Below, piece after piece: positions 1 through 8,390 of a stretch of 31,463 nucleotides of DNA (within the stretch, counting starts at the first letter, position 1; each line of letters opens with the position of its first letter). The position numbers and the translations under genes are program-made. The notes beneath the pieces were generated by a model. The model saw nothing but the letters and a program-made list of their open reading frames with translations, made no database searches and had not been told where the DNA came from. Source of the DNA: Myxococcota bacterium (GTDB taxonomy: Bacteria; Myxococcota_A; Polyangia; Polyangiales; Sandaracinaceae); assembly GCA_036149055.1 (NCBI GenBank), contig JAYZQJ010000288.1, positions 1 to 31,463 of the forward strand, written 5' to 3'.

Positions 1-160
1 GGGGGGGCCCCCGCACCCCTCCCCCTCCGGGGGTGTGGCTGCGCCCCCCCTCCCGCCGCCGCCCGGCGGCCGCGGGCCGCCGGGCTCCGTCTGCCGGGCG
101 CGATCGAGGGCGCGGGTGTCCCCGAAATGGGGCGCTGGGGGCCTTGGCTCGGCCTGCGAT
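1..160. repeat. GC-rich palindromic (REP-like) intergenic element, probably truncated by the window edge
   Basis: Hairpins CCCCC-TCC-GGGGG (21-33) and GCCCGGCGGCC-GCG-GGCCGCCGGGC (61-85). GGGGCGCTGGGGGCC (129-143) recurs as its reverse complement at about 31333-31347. Confidence 0.55.
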
Positions 161-216
161 CTGGGGCGAAACGCCGAAGCGCACGTCAATTCGCGCCAAG
201 CTCGTGCCTCCCGGCT

Positions 217-296
217 CGAGTTTTCGCGGCCGGTACCGAGTTTTCGCGGCCGGTACCAGGTACGGTCGCTCGTCGTCGAGTCGGTACTAGGTACGG
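217..296. repeat. 20-bp perfect tandem direct repeat followed by a second imperfect repeat pair
   Basis: CGAGTTTTCGCGGCCGGTAC at 217-236 and 237-256. CGGTACCAGGTACGG (251-265) versus CGGTACTAGGTACGG (282-296). Confidence 0.85.
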
Positions 297-310
297 CGAG
301 GGCAGCCCCT

Positions 311-2356
311 TCAACGGCGCGCCGCGAGGGCGCGGTCGAGGTCTTCTCGGGTGACCACCTCGTCGACCTCCAGGAGGCCCTCCTCGTCCATCGTGAAGAG
401 GAGGCGGTGGTGGATGCCGACGCGCGCCGAGCAGAGGCCGTGCAGGCCCTCGAGCTTCTTCGCGTGTCGCCAGGCCTCGGGGCGTCCGGCGCCGAGGGTG
501 CCCGCCGCGGCGATGGCCGAGGCGACGACGTTCTTCGGGAGCTTGTCGAGGGAGCTTCGGGCCTTGTCGCTCCAGATCGGGACGCGCACGCCGTGGGGGA
601 TCGCGGGGGCCTGGCGCTCTTCCAGGCTCTCCTCTTCCTCGACCGCGGTGTCGGTCTGCTGCTGGCTGGCTAGCTCCTCGGCGCGCTCGCGGAGCTCTCG
701 GCGCTCTCGCTGGCCTTCGCGGATGCGGCCCTCGAGCTCTCGGATCTTCTGGCGCAGGCGCTTCGCCGCCTCGACGTCTCGCTCCGCCGCCGCGCGCTCC
801 GCGGCGCTCTTCGCCTGGACGCGCCTCGCCTCGGCCTCCGCGGCCTTCGCCTCGAGCTCCTCGAGCTGGGAGCGGTGTTTGCCTAGCTCGCGCGTCAGGA
901 CCTGCGCGTCCGCTCTCGCGCTCTGAGCCTCGGCGCGCATCCGCTCGAGCTCGCGACGCAAGGCCTCGCGCTCCTCGTCCCCCGCCCTCGCGAGCCGGCG
1001 CTCTTCGTTCATCAAGTCCCACAGCGACCACGCCGGGTCGTCGGGCGGGGCGCCGAGGCGATCTCGCGCCCACTCGATCTCCGCCAGCAAGGTCTCGCTG
1101 TCCGAGGCGTGCTCGGCGTCCAGGCTCCCCCGCGCCATCACGACGCCCAGCGCCGGATAGGGCTCGAGCAGCTCGTAGGCGAGGACCATCGGCGCCGGTC
1201 CGCCGTCGACGACGTGGGCGCGGCACTCCGCCTCGAGCACGTCGAGCACGCTCGCGTCGGGGCTTCGCAACGCGCGCCCCAGCGCGACGTGCCGCGGCAC
1301 GCTCTCGGGCCGCTCGAAGAGCTCCAGGTGCCGCGCGACGAGGTCGTCGTGACCCCAGTCGTGGGCGTAGGTGACCAGCTCCGCTCGCAGCGCGTCCACC
1401 GTCAGGCCCTCGGGCAGCTCCCGTTCGCTCAGGAGCCCGAGCGCGCGCTCGGCGTCGTCGAAGCGCTCGCTGTCGATGAACGCGCCGAAGCAGGCGTCGA
1501 GCTGCTCCGTGGTCAGCTCCTCGAGCGGCAGCCGCGCGAGGTCCGCCGGGTGCTCGCGCGCGAGCTCCTCCGGGGTCTTCACCTCGTGGAGCCGCCGCCG
1601 GTACTCGCGCATGGTCAGCCCGGCCACCGGCGACAGCGCCTCGCGCGCCTCCTTCTTGCCGGCGCAGCACTTCTTGTACTTCTTGCCGCTCCCACATGGG
1701 CACGGATCGTTGCGGCCGACCTTGGGGGTCGCTCTCCGCGCGGTGTATCCGCTCGCGATGACGTTGCTGCGGCTCGGCTCCAGCGAGTCGATGCCCGGCG
1801 CCTCGCCCAGGTACTCGAAGAGGCGGGGATCCTCCTTCTCGACGTCGCGCTTCACCTTGAAGAGCTCGTCGAGCTGCGCGTCACCGACGCGGAGCGCGGC
1901 CTGCACCGCGAAGCCCTCGCCGACCCAGCCCTCGCGGGTCCGGGCGAGGCTCCGGAGGACCTCCATCAGGGCCGGCGGCCAGGGGCCCTCCGGCGCGATG
2001 ACGGTGTAGAGCGCGCACGCGACCGCGAGCTGATAGCGGTCGAGCTGTCGCATCCGCAGCATGCGCTCGAGCACCGCGAGGCGCTCCGGGTGGGCGGCCA
2101 CCAGGACCTGGGCCGCCCGATCGCTCAAGGCGTCCGGGTAGATGCGCACGACCGCGTCGGCGTCGGGGACCTCGCCCTTGGCGAGCAGCGCCAGCGCGAG
2201 CGCGGTGGCGGCGTCGATCTCTCTCGCCGCGAACGCCTCCTCGAGCCCCGCCCGGAGCGCGTCCGCGTCGTGTCGCTCGGCGAGCGCGCGCACCTCGTCC
2301 TGCACCGCCTCCGCGGCCGCCGCCTCTTCGATCAAGCTGGTCCCCTCCGCGCTCAC
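311..2356 (-). CDS. SEC-C metal-binding motif protein with long coiled coil and C-terminal RelE/ParE-like domain (~681 aa)
   Basis: GTG at 2356 overlaps the upstream TGA (GTGA coupling). SEC-C motif [20 protein letters not shown] (~1663-1725). E/R/A-rich heptad region ~640-1010. C-terminal [14 protein letters not shown]...KKLEG...[12 protein letters not shown]...[10 protein letters not shown]. Confidence 0.85.
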   Translation of the reverse strand: MSAEGTSLIEEAAAAEAVQDEVRALAERHDADALRAGLEEAFAAREIDAATALALALLAKGEVPDADAVVRIYPDALSDRAAQVLVAAHPERLAVLERMLRMRQLDRYQLAVACALYTVIAPEGPWPPALMEVLRSLARTREGWVGEGFAVQAALRVGDAQLDELFKVKRDVEKEDPRLFEYLGEAPGIDSLEPSRSNVIASGYTARRATPKVGRNDPCPCGSGKKYKKCCAGKKEAREALSPVAGLTMREYRRRLHEVKTPEELAREHPADLARLPLEELTTEQLDACFGAFIDSERFDDAERALGLLSERELPEGLTVDALRAELVTYAHDWGHDDLVARHLELFERPESVPRHVALGRALRSPDASVLDVLEAECRAHVVDGGPAPMVLAYELLEPYPALGVVMARGSLDAEHASDSETLLAEIEWARDRLGAPPDDPAWSLWDLMNEERRLARAGDEEREALRRELERMRAEAQSARADAQVLTRELGKHRSQLEELEAKAAEAEARRVQAKSAAERAAAERDVEAAKRLRQKIRELEGRIREGQRERRELRERAEELASQQQTDTAVEEEESLEERQAPAIPHGVRVPIWSDKARSSLDKLPKNVVASAIAAAGTLGAGRPEAWRHAKKLEGLHGLCSARVGIHHRLLFTMDEEGLLEVDEVVTREDLDRALAARR

Positions 2357-3756
2357 GGCGTCACGACGTAGAGGCCTTCGATGTCCCCGCCGCCCGCGGC
2401 CACCCGCCACACCTCGACGGGCGCGCGGGTCTCTTCGCTCACGGGGTCGAAGTCGAGGTCGCCCGAGGCGCCGCGCACGTCGACGCTCTCCCCGAGGCGG
2501 AAGCGCTCCGTGATGTCGGCGTAGCTCGAGATCCGGAGGTCGAAGGGCGGCCCGGCGCTCGTCATGCGCATCCCGCGGGCGATGGTCTCGGGCGTCAGGG
2601 CCCCGCCCTCCTGGAGCTGCGCCCAGGTCGCCCCGAGGAGCGCGATCCAGGCCGCGTCGTAGGCGTGGGCGGTGAAGCTGAACTGCTCGGCGTTCGCGCC
2701 CATGTTCTCCGCCGCGTAGGCGCTCACGAAGGCGTCGAAGACGATGCCCTCCGGCGCGGCCGGGCGGGTCCCGCGGATCCGGTCGAAGAGCCCGGACGCG
2801 GCCGACGCCCCGGTGAGGAAGTCCCGGTTGGCGGCGCTATCGCTCAGGAAGATCTCCTTGTCGGCGTACCCTGCGAACGAGTCGGCGAAGAGCACGAACG
2901 CGACGACGTCCGAGGTCTGCGAGCCGAAGAAGAGCACCTCCTCGGCGCCGCTCGCGCCCGCGTCGGTGGCCGCGGCGTTGCGGGTGCTGGCGCTGTCGTA
3001 GCCGAAGCGCTCGACCTCACCGCCGAACGCCGCCTCCAGCTCGTCCGCGAGGCCGGTCCCGTAGGCGCCGTCCTGGGCGATGACGGCGACGCGGCTGACG
3101 CCGCGCATCTCGAGGTCGTCCGCGATCACCCGCGCCTGGAGCGCGTCGGGGGCGACGGTCCGCCAGAGCCGGCCGGGATCGGCGTCGCTCGCGTCGCCCT
3201 CGAGCGCGGTGAGCGTGGAGCTCGACGCCGACGGCGAGATCAAGAGGACCTCGTCGGTCGCCTCGAAGGCGGCGCGGGTGGCGTCGCTGGAGGGCGGCCC
3301 GAGGATCACCGGCACCCCCAGCTCGTCCTCGAGGTAGCGCGCGACCTCGGCGGTGGCCTCGGTCTGGCTCAGGTCGTCGATGCGCGGGTCGACCTCGTTG
3401 GTGCAGAAGACGAGCCCCACCTCCCGGCCGTCCAGGCCGCCGAGATCCCGGACCTCGGTGAAGGCGAGCCGGACCGCGCGCTGGCGGGCGAGGTGGGTCT
3501 CCACGCTGCCGTCGATGACGCTGCCCACCACGAGCGCGTCGGCGAAGGCCGGGCTCGTGAGGTCGGCGGGGAAGGTGGTCGGGCACCGCGGGTGCGGCTC
3601 GACGGCGCGGCAGAACCCCTCGTCGCCGCAGGCGAAGCCGAAGCCGAACGCGCCGCGGCAGTCCGCGTGGCTCTCGCACGCGTCCCGTCCCGGTCGCGTG
3701 AGCGAGCAGGAGCCGGCGAGGAGGGCCAGCGAGAGGAGGAGCCCGAGCCGCCTCAT
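2353..3756 (-). CDS. Lipoprotein, periplasmic-binding-protein type 1 (branched-chain amino-acid ABC substrate-binding family), 467 aa
   Basis: Signal peptide with lipobox LLAGSC and a short Cys-rich N-region. Family motifs [46 protein letters not shown]. Confidence 0.9.
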   Translation of the reverse strand: MRRLGLLLSLALLAGSCSLTRPGRDACESHADCRGAFGFGFACGDEGFCRAVEPHPRCPTTFPADLTSPAFADALVVGSVIDGSVETHLARQRAVRLAFTEVRDLGGLDGREVGLVFCTNEVDPRIDDLSQTEATAEVARYLEDELGVPVILGPPSSDATRAAFEATDEVLLISPSASSSTLTALEGDASDADPGRLWRTVAPDALQARVIADDLEMRGVSRVAVIAQDGAYGTGLADELEAAFGGEVERFGYDSASTRNAAATDAGASGAEEVLFFGSQTSDVVAFVLFADSFAGYADKEIFLSDSAANRDFLTGASAASGLFDRIRGTRPAAPEGIVFDAFVSAYAAENMGANAEQFSFTAHAYDAAWIALLGATWAQLQEGGALTPETIARGMRMTSAGPPFDLRISSYADITERFRLGESVDVRGASGDLDFDPVSEETRAPVEVWRVAAGGGDIEGLYVVTP

Positions 3757-3758
3757 GC

Positions 3759-4565
3759 TCAGAACCGCCCCCGCGCGAAGAGCGCCGCGCCGCTCGGGGT
3801 CACGGCCGCGCTCACCGGCGCCTCGTCCTCGGCGGAGAGCGCGTCGATCAGGAGCCAGACCCCGACGCCCGCCGCGGCGAGGCCGGTGAGAGCCAGGACG
3901 TCGGTGGTGATCGAGAGCGCCTCGTCGGTCTGCAGCGGCCCCGCCGCGTCCACCGAGCAGAGGCCGTCCACGCAGGAGGCGCTGGCTTCGTCACGCGCGG
4001 CGAGGGCCAGGCCGCCGGTGACGCCCGCGGCCACCAGGAGCGCGCCGGCGCCGCCGAGCACGAGGGCGGGGAGGGTGAGGTCGGGCCCGCTCGGCGCGGG
4101 GGGCGGCTCGGTCGGGATCTGCGCGCGCTCGGCCTCCGCCGCGGCCTCCGCTGCGGCCTCCGCCCGCGCCTCCTCGGCCCGTCGGGCCTGCTCGGTCGCG
4201 CGCTCCTCCTCCGCCACCCGCTCCCGCAGCGCGGCCAGGCGGCTCTCCACTTCGGCTCGCTCGCTGCGTCGCGCGTGCGGCAGGTAGCTCTCCAGGCTCG
4301 CGATCGCGTCGCGGAGATAGCCGGCCCGCTCCTGGGCGTTCGCCAGGTTGAACAGCAGCAGCGGCCGCTCGCTCAGCCGGTAGGCCTCCTCGAAGGCGGC
4401 GATCGCGGCGTCGTAGCGCCCGTTCGCGTACGACTCGTCGCCCAGCTGGAACAGCTCGCGCGCGCGCCGCTCGTCGGGGGTCAGCCGTCGGCGCCGCTGG
4501 GCGTCGGCCGAGACGCTGCCGAGCAGGACCGCGAGCGCGGCGAGGGTCGCGAGCAGCCGCGTCAC
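3759..4565 (-). CDS. Secreted/membrane tetratricopeptide-repeat protein (~268 aa)
   Basis: GTG at 4565 preceded by GGAGGAG and overlapping the kinase stop. Signal peptide, then TPR ARELFQLGDESYANGRYDAAIAAFEEAY...LLFNLANAQERAG, then two C-terminal hydrophobic segments. Confidence 0.85.
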   Translation of the reverse strand: MTRLLATLAALAVLLGSVSADAQRRRRLTPDERRARELFQLGDESYANGRYDAAIAAFEEAYRLSERPLLLFNLANAQERAGYLRDAIASLESYLPHARRSERAEVESRLAALRERVAEEERATEQARRAEEARAEAAAEAAAEAERAQIPTEPPPAPSGPDLTLPALVLGGAGALLVAAGVTGGLALAARDEASASCVDGLCSVDAAGPLQTDEALSITTDVLALTGLAAAGVGVWLLIDALSAEDEAPVSAAVTPSGAALFARGRF

Positions 4566-6121
4566 CGCTCCTCCGCCCAGGGGTCGCGGTTGTCGGTGCG
4601 CGGGCGGTCGCGCTCCGGCGGCCGGGTCACGCCGCGTCGGGGCCGGCGCGCCGGCTCGAGCCGAACGTGCAGCTCCTCTTGCCCGCCGCGCACCGTGACG
4701 TCCCGGTCCTCGTGGCCGCGCGCCGCGATGGAGAGCGTCCAGGCCTCGCCGCGCGGGATCACGAGGTTCACCGGGGCGTCGCCGAGGTCGCGCTCGCCGC
4801 GCCGCACCCGCGCCCCCTCGGGCTCGGTCGTCAGGCGCACCACGGAGTCCTCGGGCGCGGCCGGGGTCTCCGGCGCCGCCTCGGAGGTGGGCTCCGGCTG
4901 CGCCGCAACGGGCGCGGGCGTGGTCGCGGGCGTCGCCGGCTCGGGCTCGGGCTCGGGCGCCTCGAGGCCGCGCACCACGACGAAGCCGACCGCGAGGGCG
5001 CTCAGCAGCAGCGCGCCGACCACCAGCGCCAGGATGCCCTTCTGGCCACCGCTGGCGGCGGGCGCCGGCGTCGAGGCGCGCACGCCGCTCTGGCTCGGCG
5101 ACACCTCGGACGGCGGATCGGTGAGCGTGGGGGTGGGCCGCGGCCGTGGCTTGGACACCCGCGTCGAGTCCGCCTCGTCTCCGCGGTCCGGAGGGGCCGG
5201 CTGGCTGACGAGCCCTCCGAGGGACCAGGATCCGGAGCGCGTGGAGCAGGCGAGGAGCGCCCGCGCCACCTCGCGCATCGAGCCGTACCGCTCCGACGGG
5301 CGCTTGCGCAGGCAGCGCAGGATCACCTGCTCGAGCCCGTCGGGCAGCTCGGCCTTCGAGACCTCGCTGATCGGGTCGGGGTCGACGTCCGCGTGCTTCA
5401 CGAGCAGCTCGAAGCGGTTGTCGGCCTCGAACGGCGGCCGCCCCGCGAGCGCGTGATAGAGGGTCGCGCCGAGCCCGTAGACGTCGGTGGCCGGGCTCAC
5501 CGGGTCCCCGACGATCTGCTCGGGGGCCATGTACTTGGGGGTGCCGACCATGAAGCCGGTGTGGCTCGCGTCGAGCCCGGTCTCGGGGCGGTGCTTGACC
5601 AGCCCGAAGTCCAGCACCTTCACGAAGTCCGGGTCGTCGCCCCGCTTGGTGAGGAAGATGTTCCCGGGCTTGAGGTCGCGGTGGATCAGCCCCTGGTCGT
5701 GCGCCTCGGCGAGGCTCGCGGCGATCTGCGCGCCGATCTTGATGACGTGCTCGGGGTCGACGAGGCCCGCCTTCATCACCTGCCGCAGCGTGCGCCCCTG
5801 CAGCAGCTCCATCGCGATGAAGTAGGTGTCGTCGTCGACCTGGCCGTAGTCGTAGATGACGATCGTGTTCGGGTGGTTGAGCTTGGCGAGCGAGGAGGCC
5901 TCGAGCATGAAGCGCCGGGTGAAGTCCTCGCGCAGCCTGGGCTCCACGTCCCCCGCCGTGTCGAGCACCTTGACCGCCACCTCGCGGCTCAGCTGCACCT
6001 GGAGCGCCCGGTAGACGCGCCCCATCCCGCCCCGCGCGAGCGGCTCGAGGATCTGGTAGCGGTCGCCGATCAGCGTGCCGACCAGAGGGTCGGCGCCAGG
6101 GCTGGGGGTGCTCGTGGACAA
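4562..6121 (-). CDS. Membrane Hanks-type Ser/Thr protein kinase with C-terminal PEGA-like domain (~519 aa; start uncertain)
   Basis: RGGMGRVY, VAVKVL, HRDLKPGN, DFGLVK, GTPKYMAPEQ, DVYGLG. TM segment ILALVVGALLLSALAVGFVVV. PEGA-like VRLTTEPEGARV...LGDAP. TTG at 6121 is the candidate start. Confidence 0.92.
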   Translation of the reverse strand: MSTSTPSPGADPLVGTLIGDRYQILEPLARGGMGRVYRALQVQLSREVAVKVLDTAGDVEPRLREDFTRRFMLEASSLAKLNHPNTIVIYDYGQVDDDTYFIAMELLQGRTLRQVMKAGLVDPEHVIKIGAQIAASLAEAHDQGLIHRDLKPGNIFLTKRGDDPDFVKVLDFGLVKHRPETGLDASHTGFMVGTPKYMAPEQIVGDPVSPATDVYGLGATLYHALAGRPPFEADNRFELLVKHADVDPDPISEVSKAELPDGLEQVILRCLRKRPSERYGSMREVARALLACSTRSGSWSLGGLVSQPAPPDRGDEADSTRVSKPRPRPTPTLTDPPSEVSPSQSGVRASTPAPAASGGQKGILALVVGALLLSALAVGFVVVRGLEAPEPEPEPATPATTPAPVAAQPEPTSEAAPETPAAPEDSVVRLTTEPEGARVRRGERDLGDAPVNLVIPRGEAWTLSIAARGHEDRDVTVRGGQEELHVRLEPARRPRRGVTRPPERDRPRTDNRDPWAEER

Positions 6122-6153
6122 GTGCAGTGCTTCTCGAAAGTTCAGGCCGGAGC

Positions 6154-7566
6154 TTATCCGTGCCCGGATCCATCTTCCACCCACTCGACCGTCCCTCGCA
6201 GCGAGAGCGCGAGCGGCTCGGGCTGGGCGCCCTGCAGCAGCGCGTTGCTGTCCCGCGAGCGCGCCCCCGGCGCCCGGCTGACCGTGACGTGGAGGGGCCC
6301 GCCGTCGCGCGGGCGCTCCGTCACCCCGGCGACCGCCACGAGCAGCGCCTGCACCGCGGGGTCCCGGGCCTCCCCGCGCACCTCCACCGACACCACGTCG
6401 CCCACCTTCGCGCCGCCGGGGATCCAGGCCGGATCCAGGGCGCCCGGGTCGACGCGGTGGGCGAGGGTCACGTGGGTGCCGCGCAGCACCGGGTGCACCG
6501 CCCGGGCCCGGACCGCCTCTCGGCTCGCCTCGTCGAGCACGATCCAGAGCGAGCGCCTCGCCGCCGCCGCCTCGAGCCGGGCGATCGCCGCCGCGTACTT
6601 CTCCGCCCTCGCCCGGTCGCGCGCGTCCGGTGCGGGGATCCGCCCCAGATCGGAGTTGTCTCGCAGGTCCAGCAGCTTCACCCGGGTGGCGAGGCCGTCC
6701 GCCTCGATCCGGTCGAGGAACGCCTCGTAGCTCTCGCCCTCGCGCCGGGTCAGCGCGTCCACCGCCCGCAGCACCCGCTCCGGGAAGCCCTCGTCGGCCA
6801 GCCGCGCGAGCGTCCAGTGCGGGCTGTCCTCGACCACGTCGTGCAGCGCGGCCGCCATGCGCTCGTCGGGCGAGGCGGCGGCGAGCACCAGCCGCATGGG
6901 GTGATAGACGTACGGCGCGCCCGCCTTGTCGTACTGACCGAGGTGAGCCTGGGCGCAGATCGCCATCGCCCAGCCGGGCAGCCACCGCTCGATCGTCTCG
7001 AGCAGCGCGCGTCGCGCGGCGTCGAAGGTGGCCAGCAGGCGGGGGTCGACGGCGCCTTGGTAGACGGTCCGCAAGGCGCTCAGCTGCGCGTCGTGCTGGC
7101 CGGGGCGGGTGCTGAGCCGCATCAGGAGCGTGTGCCCGGCCTCCTCGGCCTCGACGAGGCTGCGCGTGTTGTGGATCTTGTCGGCGCAGCTGATCGGGAT
7201 CGCGCGGCGCGCCGCCTCGGTGTCCGCCTTCAGCCCGGCCACGTAGTCGCGGAACCGGCTGGCCTTGTCCCGGGGCTTGCCGCGGGCGTCGCGCTTGCGC
7301 TCGGTCAGGGCCTCGACCGTCGCGATCACCTCCGCCGGCATCTCCTCGCGCATGCGCGCCGCGTGCGCCGGCTGATCCTCGAGGAGGTCGTGCAGGTAGG
7401 CGGCCGCGACCTGCACCTCGTCGTCGTGCCCGTGCTGCACGAGGAGCTCCGCCACCGCCTCGAGGTGGGAGAAGTAGGGGACGCCGCCCGCCTTCCGTGT
7501 CTGCTCGGCGTGCGCGGCCCGCGCGAGCTCCCGGGCGCGATCGACCAGTCGAGTGCGGGGAGACAT
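6154..7566 (-). CDS. Tandem RelA/SpoT-type HD hydrolase (SAH/Mesh1-like) x2 plus C-terminal 2H phosphoesterase domain (~470 aa)
   Basis: HD1: AHAEQTRKAGGVPYFSH, LHDLLED, ADKIHN. HD2: AHLGQYDKAGAPYVYHP, LHDVVED, KLLDLRDN. C-terminal region has two HVT motifs (6474-6466 and 6291-6283). Confidence 0.85.
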   Translation of the reverse strand: MSPRTRLVDRARELARAAHAEQTRKAGGVPYFSHLEAVAELLVQHGHDDEVQVAAAYLHDLLEDQPAHAARMREEMPAEVIATVEALTERKRDARGKPRDKASRFRDYVAGLKADTEAARRAIPISCADKIHNTRSLVEAEEAGHTLLMRLSTRPGQHDAQLSALRTVYQGAVDPRLLATFDAARRALLETIERWLPGWAMAICAQAHLGQYDKAGAPYVYHPMRLVLAAASPDERMAAALHDVVEDSPHWTLARLADEGFPERVLRAVDALTRREGESYEAFLDRIEADGLATRVKLLDLRDNSDLGRIPAPDARDRARAEKYAAAIARLEAAAARRSLWIVLDEASREAVRARAVHPVLRGTHVTLAHRVDPGALDPAWIPGGAKVGDVVSVEVRGEARDPAVQALLVAVAGVTERPRDGGPLHVTVSRAPGARSRDSNALLQGAQPEPLALSLRGTVEWVEDGSGHG

Positions 7567-7643
7567 GGGGGCATGGTAGACGCGCCGCGTCGTCACGGGA
7601 ATGCGGGTGGTTTCGAGCCGACCGAGGCTCTAGGCTCCTCTCG

Positions 7644-8390
7644 ATGCTGCCCTGGGAGACGCTCCGCCGGCTGCTCGGGTTGCCGCCCGACATGTCACCG
7701 CTCGGCGCGACCGAGCTGGTGCGGCTCGCGATCGACGATCCGCGGCGGGCCCGCATCGTGGCGATGGGGCTGCGCGGGCAGCGCCCCGACGAGGCGGCCG
7801 CGGGCATGATCCTGGCGGCGCTCGACCGGGGAACGCTGCCGCCCGAGCTCGCGGCCGAGCTGCTCGGCGCGGTGGGTCATCGCGCCGCCTACGACATCCT
7901 CCGGGCGATGCTGCTCGACCCCGAGATGCCGAACGCGTGGGCGGCGGCCGGGGTGGCGATGGCCCAGGTGCTCGGGCTCGACGCGGGGCCCGACCTGGCG
8001 GTGGCGATGCGGGAGGCGCCCGAGCGCGGCGCGCGCGAGGGGGCCGCGTTCGGGCTGGCCGAGCTGGGCGACGAGGCCGCGGTGGCCGGGATCGTCGAGG
8101 CGGGGCTCCGGGGGCTCATCCGGGCCCGGGTGGCGGCGCGCTGCGGCGCGGACCTGCCGTTCCTGCCCGAGCTCTGGCTCCAGCTCCTCGCCTCGTCCGA
8201 GCGCACGGCGCGCCGCCTGGGCACCGAGCTGATCTACGTGCTGCTCAACCGGAACGATCCCGGCGCGCAGGAGCGGCTCGAGGCGCTCGGCCCCCGCGCG
8301 AAGTCCGCGGTGCGCGAGGCGCTCGAGGACCCCTCGCTCTACATGCTGCCCGAGAAGCGGGCGACGCTCGAGGCCTGGTCGGCCGCCTGA
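7644..8390 (+). CDS. Hypothetical all-helical protein, HEAT-repeat-like (~248 aa)
   Basis: GC3-biased frame. ATG at 7644 lies 7 nt after TAGGCT. HEAT-like segments AAELLGAVG and AREGAAFGLAELGD. Confidence 0.7.
   Translation: MLPWETLRRLLGLPPDMSPLGATELVRLAIDDPRRARIVAMGLRGQRPDEAAAGMILAALDRGTLPPELAAELLGAVGHRAAYDILRAMLLDPEMPNAWAAAGVAMAQVLGLDAGPDLAVAMREAPERGAREGAAFGLAELGDEAAVAGIVEAGLRGLIRARVAARCGADLPFLPELWLQLLASSERTARRLGTELIYVLLNRNDPGAQERLEALGPRAKSAVREALEDPSLYMLPEKRATLEAWSAA

Noticed and set aside
217..256. Possible CRISPR repeats
   Set aside because: Only two abutting 20-bp copies with no spacers, and no cas genes.
33..673. Small plus-strand ORFs at the window start as a possible antitoxin
   Set aside because: They run through palindromic repeats or antisense to the SEC-C gene and have no recognisable RHH or HTH features.
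311..2356. secA call from the SEC-C motif
   Set aside because: No DEAD-like ATPase motifs are present; the motif is internal to an unrelated protein.
6154..7566. relA/spoT call
   Set aside because: No synthetase, TGS or ACT domains; only hydrolase-type HD domains are present.
6122..7807. N-terminal extensions of ORFs 4562..7807 and 3759..6173
   Set aside because: These are Arg/Gly/Pro-rich off-frame read-throughs overlapping real genes; only the kinase and TPR portions are supported.
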